Made by a program: the position numbers and the translations under genes. From contig OZ076412.1 in NCBI GenBank assembly GCA_964187785.1, positions 37,014,001-37,078,000 of the forward strand: a stretch of DNA of 64,000 nucleotides, written 5' to 3'. This document shows positions 12,201-22,127 of the stretch, piece by piece. A model generated the notes under the pieces. It made no database searches. It saw nothing but the letters and a program-made list of their open reading frames with translations, and was not told where the DNA came from. The DNA comes from Amphiscolops sp. MND2022. Taxonomy: Eukaryota. The stretch's first letter is position 1. The number at the start of each line of letters is the position of its first letter.

Positions 12201-14978
12201 ATACAGAAATACCTGCAAACACTCAAGTTCCCCCGAACGAAGAAAGGACTTCAACGATATATCGGATTTGTGAACTATTACAGAAATTACATTCCTCGAT
12301 TATCCGAGAAGATTGCCCCTTTCCACGAACTCATCAAATCTGACAAGCCTGCCAAAATCGACCAAGAGCTCATAGCAAACTTTGAGGCCATCAACAAGTC
12401 CTTAGACAACGCGTGCGGGCTCTGGCTCAAACAGCCGCTGCCAAACCGGCAGTATGTCATGATGACTGACGCCAATTTCAAGAACGCAGGATACGCCTTA
12501 ATGACCGAAGAGGACCCAGAACAGAAACTCACCTCCGCCAAGAAAACCTATGCTCCTTTGGCATTTGGATCTAAAACTTTCTCTCCGTCACAATTGAAAA
12601 TGTCAATTTATGCCAAGGAGTTTTTAGCCATCTATTTCGCCTTCATGGAGTATAGTCACATCTTGTGGGGTTCCTCCAAGCCAACCATCGTCCTAACAGA
12701 CAATAAATCAGTCACAAGGTTTTTTCAAACCAAAATGATTCCACCCTCCCTGTGGAACGCTTGTGATTTCGTGCTCCAATTCCATTTCAAAATCGCCCAT
12801 GTGCCAGGAAGGATGAACACGGCGGCAGACTTCCTCTCCCGATTGGACATCAGTCCCAAAGAAAAAGTCCTTCTCCAAATCAGAGAAGATATCCAGACAA
12901 CACCCATCCAAGTGAACATCCAATCCTCAGATATACATGAGGAGGACCAATTTTACTTCTTGCCAGAAGACGATTCCGAAACTGAAGAAGACATCTGGGA
13001 ACGCAAACAGCGTGCCCGAAAGAAAATCTATAACCCCCAAGAACAACCAACCGATACTCAAACTGATACGACTGAACCAAAACCTCAAACGGAGAATCTA
13101 CCCCTGGTTTGCAACAGCATCCAAGACCCGGAACAGAAACAAAGGCGCCAGCTATACAACGAAAACAGTTTTCCACGCAGCCTCAGACCACACCAGGACC
13201 AGGACCCTGTCCTCAGAAATCTCAAGCTCAAAATATTGAAGGAACCGTACGACACCCAACTCCTCAATGACGACCCCAGAGCAACGAAGTACCTAGCCCA
13301 AGAAGATAGGATCATCATCAAAGACGGACTCTTGTATAGACAATATTTTGGGGATACTGGGAAAGTCAAATATTTACAAGTGCTGCTCCCCCAACAACTG
13401 GTCAACGAATTCATACACCACCATCATGGCAAATATGGAAGACACCCGGGCATAGCCAAAACCATTCAACAATGCCGCGAGAAATACTACTACCCAGGAC
13501 TTGCCGCCCGGATAGCCAACCATATCTCACAGTGTATGGAATGCGCCCAAACAAAGCGGACACCCAATAGTACCATCACACCACCACTAATCGACATGTC
13601 AAAAATAGCAATGGGACCCGAAGACGCACTCCAGATGGACATAGTCCCCTTCGATGACCCATCAGGAGGTTACACCGCAGTCATTACAGCAATGGATGTC
13701 TTCTCCAGGTACCTATTCGCCTACAGTGTCGCTAGAATCGATACCAGAACGGTCACCAGAGTCCTAATGGACATCATCACCAGACATTGCTATTTACCCA
13801 CGACAATCATAACGGACAAGGGATCCCAATTCATATCAGAAGCGATGCAACAAACCACCGCTGCACTGGGAATCCAACTGAAACACGCCACCACGAAACA
13901 CGCCCAGACGATCGGCATCCTGGAGAGGACCCACGCCTCCCTGAAGGAAAGCCTCAAAATAATGACAGGGGAACGGCGCACGATGTGGCATCAATTTCTA
14001 CCGATGGCGGTATTGAATTACAATACCTCATACCACACATCACTAGGATGCGAACCCAGCAGAGTGTTTCACGGAAGAGTGCCCTACAATGTACTCGACC
14101 TGAAATATGGACTCAAGCCACAGCCCCCTACCCCAATCAACCACGAGATAGCTGAGGGAGTGTTACAACAAACACAACAGATCCTCAACCAAAGCCAGCA
14201 AGCTCTGATGCAGGCCTATGTCCGTCATAAACGCTATTATGACAGAAAGGCATCAGCAAACCCACTGGTAGTAAACGACTACTGCTATGCATTGCATCCA
14301 AAGGCGCATAGCCAAGCGACAAAACTGCCGTTTCGGGAATACCTTTGGACGGGACCATATATCGTGGTCAAAACCCTACCCAATAATAACTATTTAATCC
14401 GGAAACTCCAAACGAACCTCACCCAAATCCTGCACAGAATCAGACTACGACCATTCGCAAGCAGCCACAAACTGCCTGACATCTCAGTTGCGCCTAAAGA
14501 TTTCCAGCAGGACACCGAAGTGCCTATACAGCACGATGACCTTTTCGCAATGGCTTGGCAGGAACTTCATCAAGAACACCCTACCCACCCCGCAAATAGT
14601 CAGCCACCTGAACCAGAAGTAATACCCCAAGCACAGGAACCAGATAATGACCCAACATACCCCAGCCCTTCGAACCCCGACCCAGAGCATGGACCTGGAA
14701 GCAGTAATAACCACCCAGGAACCCAGACAGATGACCCAGACCTAGACACTGAAGATGAACCCGAAGATTGCCCACCCGTTCCTAAATCCCCCCGAAAATC
14801 TCATTACAATCTCCGACGAAACCCAGCTTCAAATTGGAAACCAGATTTCGCATACTATAATGCAGTAGAAATAAACTCCGAAAATCCCGCAATTCAAAAC
14901 GAAGGCCTGGGCGACGGCCCAGAAATACAGATCCTAGCAGACCTCGGCCCAGACGGGGGCCCAAGATCAGGAAATTAA
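8892..14978 (+). CDS. pol: Pol polyprotein (protease, RT, RNase H, integrase); probably translated from the frameshift at about 9201
   Basis: Uninterrupted 2028-codon ORF: LIDSGA aspartic protease; YVDD RT; MTDANF/KEFLA/TDNKS/AADFLSR RNase H; HHCC zinc motif; LQMD..ITDKGSQF..ILERTH DDE integrase; WTGPY motif. Confidence 0.97.
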   Translation: MLLRRQLGKSTTMVENPQGHVLKQHTATATVTRSVCQNQFTSDPTAISKSNNQPNGLPTSSFNDNPTPNPNSVPQPDNWPHGIHTSRASDYPTSNSTSKPNPVKKLALPHLQFGEIVETRHFTTSEPPNTYDHEENDERHEEPSLDWQRRWQIHKLNKQNRQNMTKKDYPQWYLDNPTDYSTPKRPLPESTAPETYIHDPDYNCDPYHNPKIYDQTTLTFKQRECTPFEEFIKKTGMNISTEARHRPKTVQPVPEYDQDAEKVSEIIVDELTNKPKSILKDHGSQTTAPQSPPKNQPVNPIRAGRIRSPTMDVAPDCHQHENLTGRTTTEAVDLTQTTTNTEITISTPQTRRIKRSLLLEPLSYNEASSSLSSPRSQSANEVEDPRPITTDETNMQSESLPGDANSTPPQDVPRSYPNEQAAEYPNQDYSGRGTRAPLSSNTRQSENETENPRPITIAATNMQSASPSSAVNDTPTQDEPQSYPLAQIAEYLTRDPITKEECIPIFSAVTLKKKKKMLFAPMDFQDLTLDALIDSGALVNCISETDYNKILQMSPKDIVKEMEPPPFKLQVANGDIEAPTKTIILQFEIGDWNFKETFIVAKRLTGPILGLTFLKNNSAILDVSQGLLHFPHLTYSIETDEYTRNRKMYKVQVKNPITIPPETTQTITAYTDITSTISTTGVINPATNHCSGDPLVVASSISTASNRKIEVRVTNTTPTPYTIKKNTTVAEFKIMSPEEAKELKPLNTAALKVLTEDDSEDAILYINELLKTSDQPSQSQNFWFPTPDNPGDPSTHTPIQSRILREIKELEEIQKLDPNNNAEDREAFLKNLKWDDSQLTENDQKDIEEILIEFNDIFARHRLDIGINHDIKIKLTPKTDDPVYSQSLPCPINLKEDLTVELELMHYFGIITTLPFSKYASPIFSQRKPNGRLRLLVDLRKINNLISDDYINNNHPVSTLTDAAQHLAGKKLFCKLDCSQAYHVLQMADQKSVQLLAFNFASRTFAYLRLAQGLSRSLSSFSSFMREYLDKAIKADKCAQYVDDIGIATNTPEELKNNLREVFQCIRAAGLRLTMAKCQFGAKEVEFLGRTISPSGVAPQSHKIQKYLQTLKFPRTKKGLQRYIGFVNYYRNYIPRLSEKIAPFHELIKSDKPAKIDQELIANFEAINKSLDNACGLWLKQPLPNRQYVMMTDANFKNAGYALMTEEDPEQKLTSAKKTYAPLAFGSKTFSPSQLKMSIYAKEFLAIYFAFMEYSHILWGSSKPTIVLTDNKSVTRFFQTKMIPPSLWNACDFVLQFHFKIAHVPGRMNTAADFLSRLDISPKEKVLLQIREDIQTTPIQVNIQSSDIHEEDQFYFLPEDDSETEEDIWERKQRARKKIYNPQEQPTDTQTDTTEPKPQTENLPLVCNSIQDPEQKQRRQLYNENSFPRSLRPHQDQDPVLRNLKLKILKEPYDTQLLNDDPRATKYLAQEDRIIIKDGLLYRQYFGDTGKVKYLQVLLPQQLVNEFIHHHHGKYGRHPGIAKTIQQCREKYYYPGLAARIANHISQCMECAQTKRTPNSTITPPLIDMSKIAMGPEDALQMDIVPFDDPSGGYTAVITAMDVFSRYLFAYSVARIDTRTVTRVLMDIITRHCYLPTTIITDKGSQFISEAMQQTTAALGIQLKHATTKHAQTIGILERTHASLKESLKIMTGERRTMWHQFLPMAVLNYNTSYHTSLGCEPSRVFHGRVPYNVLDLKYGLKPQPPTPINHEIAEGVLQQTQQILNQSQQALMQAYVRHKRYYDRKASANPLVVNDYCYALHPKAHSQATKLPFREYLWTGPYIVVKTLPNNNYLIRKLQTNLTQILHRIRLRPFASSHKLPDISVAPKDFQQDTEVPIQHDDLFAMAWQELHQEHPTHPANSQPPEPEVIPQAQEPDNDPTYPSPSNPDPEHGPGSSNNHPGTQTDDPDLDTEDEPEDCPPVPKSPRKSHYNLRRNPASNWKPDFAYYNAVEINSENPAIQNEGLGDGPEIQILADLGPDGGPRSGN
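9201..9207 (+). promoter_or_regulatory. -1 ribosomal frameshift slippery heptamer A_AAA_AAC
   Basis: Correctly phased in the gag frame (TCA AAA AAC TAG) immediately before the gag stop; the pol frame is -1 relative to it. Confidence 0.8.
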
Positions 14979-15316
14979 TGTGGCCCCAGGCTCTAACCTG
15001 GACGGCCGATCTACAACTGAATCTCAAATCTCCTCAATCTACAATGGCTTATCACTCTCTCACTCTACGACTTGGATGAAAACAATACAGAGGCTAAATA
15101 CTAAATTGAATAACCCAGTGGAACACCGAGCTGCCTCAATTTTTTCTCTTTCGCTCCATACTACCAGAGCATAACAATTTTTTCTCCTTCTCTTTCTCTA
15201 TAATAACGGAACCGACTGGCGGAACACTACAACATCAGAACAATGGGTATACAATAAAGAAACAACAAAAGAAAATAAATCAAAGCTATTCATCATAGTG
15301 TAGTTTCAAACAGTCT

Positions 15317-18300
15317 TCAACAAGATTTCTCTTGACGGGACCCTTTTTTTGACCCTGTTTTCCTCTTCCGCGCCGACGAACTTGTAGAGGCCTGTAATGC
15401 ATCGGATACTCCAGCTACAGAAACAGCTTCAGCAGCAGACGTGGTCCCAGATTGCAAACCACGCGATGATCGCCCATCAGCCATACGGGACCTCCACCCC
15501 TCGACTTGACCAGTGTAATAAGCTGTGTAACAGCGAAACAAACTTTCAAAAATTTCTCTCCAGTCATGACGACTAATATCGGTGAACGGATCAAAGGAAG
15601 TGCGCGACAGGAACTGATGCCCCACAGGCAAATTAGTCTTTAACTCTCCCAAACACTCCACGGTCAGCAATTCATTTGAGACGAACTTGGGATGGAGAAC
15701 AAATGACTGCACCGCACTGATCCCTGAACGAATTACAGACGCAGGAAGACCAACTCCGCTACTTGAAATCTCAACAGGAGGCATAGCACTTGGCCCAGGA
15801 CACACAATAACTCGCAATAGGCGCACCACTTGCTTGACATGACCCCGACATTGATAAATGTCACTAGCTTCCAAGAACTCGAACACGTCACAAACCTGGG
15901 CAGGATCAGAGGACCGGCGACGCAGATCCACAACCAGAGATTTGAATTCATTTACAGATGCCTCTCGATCAACGCCACTCAGGAAGCTAGCATCCTGTAA
16001 ACAACTCACCAGATCCTGAAACAATTCCACCACGTACTCAGCATCTCCACACAGCAGCATATCCACACTCAAGCAGCTGAGAGAACGGGCCACACGGGAA
16101 CTCGAATATGCTGAAGACCCAAGGTGTTTCAACAACTCCAACAAAGAACCCTGGCACTCACGCAGGAAAGTGCGGCGAGGAGCATCATCAAAACCCCGCA
16201 ACGCCGTCACGATGCTGGGCTCAGACTGCAGACATTCCCCAGCGGTAACATTCGCCCAATTGGTCAGAGGCTGATCAATATACTCGAACCAATTATCCAC
16301 GGACGGCAGCTGACTAACCTTTTTTACCTTGCCCAAAAGACTCCAGTAAAAAAAGCAAAAGTCAGTAAAATTGCGGCACGCGTAATCCCGAATCTTTGGA
16401 TCCAGCTGCCGTCTGAAATTTGACCTGTAGCAAAGTAACACAACGTGTAAGAAGGCGAATAGCGGCAAGACCAAACGGTCAGCACACAGAAGAGAATCCA
16501 TATCCACAATAGTCGTCGACTTCTTCATTAACAACACATTGTTGGATAAACACAGCTTCACGTCAGCCCAGTTATCCAGAAGTTCCTGCAGAACCTCACA
16601 CAAGGACTCAAAAGGCACGACTCCAGATTCCAGACACAAACGTAACTGGGGCAGATTCAACAACCACGCCTGATGGCGCACCCGCTTGAGACGCTGAACC
16701 AAGTACTCCAGAGCCGAGAACGGATCCACAGACCCCACACACACAATACTAGACTCATTGATGAGACGACGCAACAAATCTGGATTAAAACTCACAGCAA
16801 CAACAGGGACTGGTCGGCCCACTGCCCGAAACCAATCGATATAACCGTTAAACAGAACAGGAGGACAGTCCATAATCGCCGCAGGTCCTTGACTGGTTGA
16901 CACAAGGGACAGTACACGCGCTAAACAACGCATCTCAGCCTCACAGGATGTCTCACTATGCTCTTCATCACAAAGGTGCACTTCTCGCAGACAGTCATCG
17001 GGGCAGCATCGGACGATACACCTCACACCGGAGTATGAAGACTGCAGCGCCAAGCTAAACGGGCCGTCCCCAAGCCATGACTTTACGCGACGAAGCACAC
17101 GCGGATAAAGAGTCTGCACCAAGACCACTAAGGTCTCAGTCTTACTCCAAGTGACTGAAGCGTATGGACTCTCAACTGGCAAGGTAGTCCGGAACTGATT
17201 CCACAGCCGACGCAGGAATAGCTGGGACCCACCACTTTTCAGCAGCTCCAATAAGCATCCCACAAGAGTGGTCGGGGGCACATTAGATGGGACGCCAACA
17301 AGTGCATCTACTTCATCTTCGACGAACTTGTTCATACGACCCAATACCACAGGAGGAGTTTCCTCAATCTCGGCACGTTGTTCAGCGGTCAGGTCAGCAA
17401 CTCGGATGGGATCGAACTTCTCAGTATAAATCACATCCTCATGGTCGTAACGGTACCGACGATCTTTGAGGTAATGACCCTTACACTTGAAGTGCCTCCA
17501 GATTCCTCGTGGACCCCGGGATAGAAAGGAAACATCTTTCTTGCAGATCGAGCAATTGAACCCATTTGGACCCTTATCATTCCGCCGGCTGACAAACAAT
17601 CGGGGAATCGCATGGTCACTCATGGCTTTCGTCAACACGTGACGCTCCGTCCGCTTCCTTGATCGATCTTCATCCCGAGCCAACAGTTTAGCCTTCTTCA
17701 CCTCTAAAGGATCCAGAACACGACCAGGATTGTTGACATCGATGCCCTTCCCTTTCAAAAGACGAGACAACTCTTCAAATTCTAAACACAACACCAAGGG
17801 GCTAAACAAGTAACTACATACCACAACTCTTCATGCAGACAATCAAAAGATAGTGGCAAACAAAACCATCCCAAAAAAAAATCGCAACAGTCAGGAAAGC
17901 CAAGCAATAGAATAATAACAACACCCTTACGTTTTGACAGGCTCTTCGTCTCTTTTAAAACTTCCGTCCGTTCAGCTCGGGCAGCACTTCGGGCCAGCAT
18001 CACACACTGCGCCGCGGACATCACCATTGGCGAACCAGGAGGAACTGTATCCAGGCCAGCTGATAACAAATGAGCAAATTTAACAACACCGCGAAATGAG
18101 GCTAAACTACCACACAAAGAAATCACACAACACGGAGATGACACAAACAGTTCAATGAACATGAAAATTTCAACGTACCTTTTTCCCAGTCATTGTAAAC
18201 AACTGAGGCCTCCACCCCAACAGCGGCTCGTGCATGTTGAGTCCTGCCACGCTTGGACGACTCTCCGGGGAGTTCAGAGACAGCATCACTGACAGGGGCA

Positions 18301-19157
18301 GGAGTATCAATCGCCGCCTCGCACACAAACACGTCACTGTCTTCAGAAGACCCAACCCCCGGTCCAGGTTCTGCTCCAGTAACTGTAATACAAAATGAAG
18401 TATGACTAACAAGAAAATGCAGAACAAGTGTCCCTAAAAGCAACAAATGAACCCATTTCATCTACACAACACCCGAAGAAAGAGAGCGAATACCTACTTT
18501 CAAGAGTCCGAGAAGCAGAAATCATGGGGGGCATGTAGTCATCTCCTGAACTGTCATGAGCAGATGGCAACTTGGAAATGGAACCAGAGATGACGTCAGC
18601 CAACCGAACTCGCTTTGCCGACTGCACACTAGTGGTCGACAACTCCCGACTAGCCCTTGGTTTCTTCTCCCGCCGGGACTTTGTACTATGGGTCGGGACA
18701 TAATCCTCATCAGACCCATCATCGCTAGCTACAGAAAGTAGATGAATAGAACGCGTTCGACGAAACCTAGGAAGGGCTGGCCACCCATTAATTTCTAGAA
18801 AAGATTACCTTTCTTCCGTGCCAAGTAGTCAATGTCATGGCGTTCATCACTGGTTGCCGAATGGAAAGACCCAGTTGCAACATTGCTCGCATGTTCTTCA
18901 ACGCCGTCATCATCAGAAACTGCTTTTTCACCAAAGCCTGGCACATGCAGTTCTCCGTGACCAACAGAGACACCAGCTTCCTCCTGATTGCCTCCACCAC
19001 TCGCCTCTCCACTCTCATCATCACTGCCACCTCCACTAACTCTCTCCCCAACACGCACCACTGATCCCACGACAGACTCTACTTCTGCCTCACTCTCCTT
19101 CAGACCGACTTCCTGACTTCGACACAGCACAGCATTATCCTCCTCGGTGGAGCTCAT
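15317..19157 (-). CDS. Five-exon antisense accessory gene of the retrotransposon; predicted 1125-aa zinc-finger protein derived from a hAT transposase
   Basis: Exons 19157-18809, 18728-18498, 18382-18179, 18059-17931, 17781-15317 (3378 nt); all four introns GT-AG and phase 1, joined frame open. Zinc finger CSICKKDVSFLSRGPRGIWRHFKCKGH and hAT-like blocks GDGPFSLALQS, ELLDNWADVKLCL, VARSLSCLS. Confidence 0.8.
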
Positions 19158-19379
19158 GTTTCAAACTTGTCTAAAAATAACAAACCATGAAAAATTCAAA
19201 GAAGATGTGGCGTAAAACAATGGAATTATTAATACTAGAAGTTATCTACTATATAAGGAGAGTTGTTCAGTCTGCCAGCTGAACAATTCATGGAGTTGAC
19301 ACAAACCGTGTGAACAAATTTTCCAAGCGAAGCAAATCAGTTGTACTGAAAACTGATTGACACTCAGCTTGCTATTATA

Positions 19380-19979
19380 ATGAATCATCCCATTTCAAAT
19401 AACCAAGCAGACGAAGACGTTTTTATTCTTGAACGAGATCAACAGCCAACACCGACTGAACAAAGGCCCAGTACTCCACCGCCTAATTATCGTTTCATCA
19501 ACCCAACGCAGCCTGCTATTGTTTATGAAATAGTCAAGACGGAAGACATACACGTAGTCCTTGTTCACGAACAACCAATTGCGAACGCAATTAACGTTGA
19601 AAATGAACAAGGAGTAATACGAAGGTTCACCACAGATAATCCGGTTATCCCAGATGACGAATTCATGAGCCCCATCAGACGATTCAATCAAGAGGACCAA
19701 AATAGCCCTGATTATTTTGTCGACAGCCCTATGAGCTCAATAAGCGAGACCGACAGCAGCTCAGAAGGCTACTGGTCAGGCAGCAGTTGGGAAAGCAGCT
19801 CTTCATGGCGATCATACGATTCAATGAGAGATGACCTCACCACTTTGTTTGATACACCGATACGATCCATTTCCCAATTTCTCCTTCCTGAGGGAACTGG
19901 GCAACGAAGCCGAGGACTGTCACAGCCCCACTTGAGCTGTGAGTATTGCAGCAGAATCAACCCAGTCTTCGAAGAATAA
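19380..19979 (+). CDS. ORF3, 199-aa sense ORF of unknown function crossing the PPT into the 3' LTR
   Basis: ATG-initiated open frame, acidic/Ser-rich, ends HLSCEYCSRINPVFEE; a relic with a similar CxxC..INP end crosses the LTR start of the older element at 27501. Confidence 0.55.
   Translation: MNHPISNNQADEDVFILERDQQPTPTEQRPSTPPPNYRFINPTQPAIVYEIVKTEDIHVVLVHEQPIANAINVENEQGVIRRFTTDNPVIPDDEFMSPIRRFNQEDQNSPDYFVDSPMSSISETDSSSEGYWSGSSWESSSSWRSYDSMRDDLTTLFDTPIRSISQFLLPEGTGQRSRGLSQPHLSCEYCSRINPVFEE
19890..19917 (+). promoter_or_regulatory. Putative polypurine tract (imperfect)
   Basis: GAGGGAACTGGGCAACGAAGCCGAGGAC, 21 of 28 purines, immediately before the TG of the 3' LTR. Confidence 0.45.
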
Positions 19980-22122
19980 ATTAGGAAATGGAAAAGGAGA
20001 AATGAAAACAGAAAACCAGAAAACAATCAGTTCAATCCATACAACCTGAAATAATGGCGCTAAATAATATAATAATTAGAAGAAATTTTATATTAATATT
20101 TATGTAGTTATATATACTTACATACAGTGTACTAACCGGTATAAAGCTACTTGTGCAGTTAATAGTATTAATACGGTGCTATATAATTAATAGTAATACA
20201 ATCACACCGCTCAGTAAGCGGCCTGAATGAATAATGGCGGAACTGCGGCCTGGCAGCCGGCCTGAGATATGCGCAGTGAAGCGGTGGCCTGGCGAGTGGC
20301 CTGAGAATGAAAGTGCTACGAATCAATCTCTAACACTAATTATGCTATTTTGTGAATACATGTAAACCTGTTGATGCGTTAAACGAGTATTAGAACAACG
20401 TTATACATGTAATTGTCCATATAAACAAGTATTGGAGCTAACTTTGAAATACCGATATACTGCGGCCCAGGACATGGCCTGAAATGTAAATCTATAAAAT
20501 CCATTGTAGAAATGGAAATTGTTAATGTTAATAGTGATCGTTTCTGCTCCTAATGAGCCTACCAATCAATGCCTGCAATCTCAAAAGATGCCTGAAGATA
20601 AAAATGAAGTATGATGCTATTTTTACAGATAAACCATGTTCAAGTGCTAAATGAAGTAGACCGCGGCCTGAGACACGGCCTGAAATCTATTCTGACCAAA
20701 TCCATCCTGGAATTGGAAATATCGATCCCCCTAACCATTTCTCCGCTCTCGCGAGGGAGCAGTGACGTAACACATACAACAGTAAGCGATATTGATTGAT
20801 TGCATGCAATGTATGATGATTTTAACCATGTAAATGCACTATTTAATTTGAGAACGCCAAGCTGCGGCCCAGACCTTGGCCTGGGATTAAATGTTCGATT
20901 TAATTTGTTTAATCTCCATAAATGATTTGTGTTGCCTTGTTTAGAGTTAATTTCCACTCAACTAGATTGGGAAGAGACTCGAACCGTATTTTCGAGTTGA
21001 TTCTAATCACTGAATTGTTTGTTGTTGATATAATTAATCATTATTTTTCGGGAAATGATTTTATTTTGCCTCAATCGTTCCAGACCTCAGCCTGGGACCG
21101 AGCTTTCCCATTTATACTCGAATTTGTGATTTTAAAGCTCTCATGAGTGAACTTTATGAGCTAATTTGTATTTCTTATTAAATAATCATCTCGCCGTGCA
21201 ATATTTGAACCAAATTAATTCGGGAAATTCTCATTTTCCCAATTTCCAATTTGTTGCTTTGTTCGATCATTTCGCTCTTTGGGCGTGCGCAGTGACTAAT
21301 TTTTTTTCACACTTTGTTCAGTTTCGGCGTCTTGAAAAGGCGGGAGTTGGAGGTGAAGGGAAGCGGAGTCGCAACTCAGACAGGAAGTGGACGCGTGCTC
21401 TCCTCGGAAAGCATGAACAAACTGAGAGTCTGAGTCGACAAAGCGGAACTGAACTTCCTGTTTCTCCGCCTTGGAGGGACGCCGGGCTGAATGAAGTGTG
21501 AAGGTGGTGCGGATTTTTCCCCGCTTCACGTGGGTGAAAAGTATATATACTTTGGAAAATTGAATAATTTCAGTGAATAATAGTCTTGATAATTTCAACA
21601 AGTTGATAATTTGACAATTTCGTTAGAATCTTGAAATTCAATAATCGCTCGTTGTAAAACAACTTTGCTTTTCACTTTGAAAATACAATTGAAGATTAAA
21701 AAACCTCAATCTTTTCCCTCATCTTCTCGTTGGATAATCTCGAGCTTATAAATCTTAAACCTGGAAAATGCCTGAAAGATCCTCTAAAAGAAAGGCCAGG
21801 AGAGATTCAGTGACTAGTTCACTAGGCGAGCCAGAAGCAACCAGTTTAAGAACTGAAAACGTTCCCAGTATTTCCGACCGAGACTTCTCTGAGCTATCTG
21901 AGAAAATTGAAAAGTCAGTGACCAGAAGGATAAAAGATGCTGAAGTTGGACAGAGGGAGATTTTGAAGATGATCGAGAATTTATCCTCAAAAATAGATTC
22001 ACTGTCCGGTCAACCGCCCAATTGTGAAAACCTCGCCTTAGATCCCGACGAGATCGAAAATCAAGCCTCAACATCAAGGCCATCCATACTGAACGAGTTG
22101 CACCCATCACAGGGTCAACACA
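19918..22122 (+). repeat. 3' LTR (2205 bp)
   Basis: Direct repeat of 5789-7995, followed by the TTATA target duplication. Confidence 0.97.
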
Positions 22123-22127
22123 TTATA

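Larger units (their letters stand above)
5789..22122 (+). mobile_element. Full-length young Ty3/Gypsy LTR retrotransposon, 16,334 bp
   Basis: Two TG...CA LTRs (5789-7995, 19918-22122), identical 5-bp flanks TTATA (5784-5788 and 22123-22127), PBS, gag, and pol in PR-RT-RH-IN order. Confidence 0.97.

Noticed and set aside
9734-14775. Numerous short minus-strand ORFs opposite pol
   Set aside because: Shadow ORFs of a long C/A-rich coding strand, with no motifs or consistent splice chain.
14976-15174. TAATG stop-start overlap after pol and the 64-aa ORF at 14980
   Set aside because: The ATG frame closes after 33 codons, the other ORF starts at GTG, and neither has recognisable features.
15253-15279. 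Plus-strand AATAAA signals between pol and the antisense gene as an internal poly(A) site
   Set aside because: They lie in an A-rich tract that is simply the complement of the U-rich 3' UTR of the antisense gene; chance occurrence is likely.
15317-17824. 835-aa ORF as a retroviral env gene
   Set aside because: It is antisense to gag-pol, has no signal peptide, furin site or C-terminal TM anchor, and has a zinc finger and hAT-like blocks. Its GTG start is also unlikely; it is better read as the last exon of a spliced gene.
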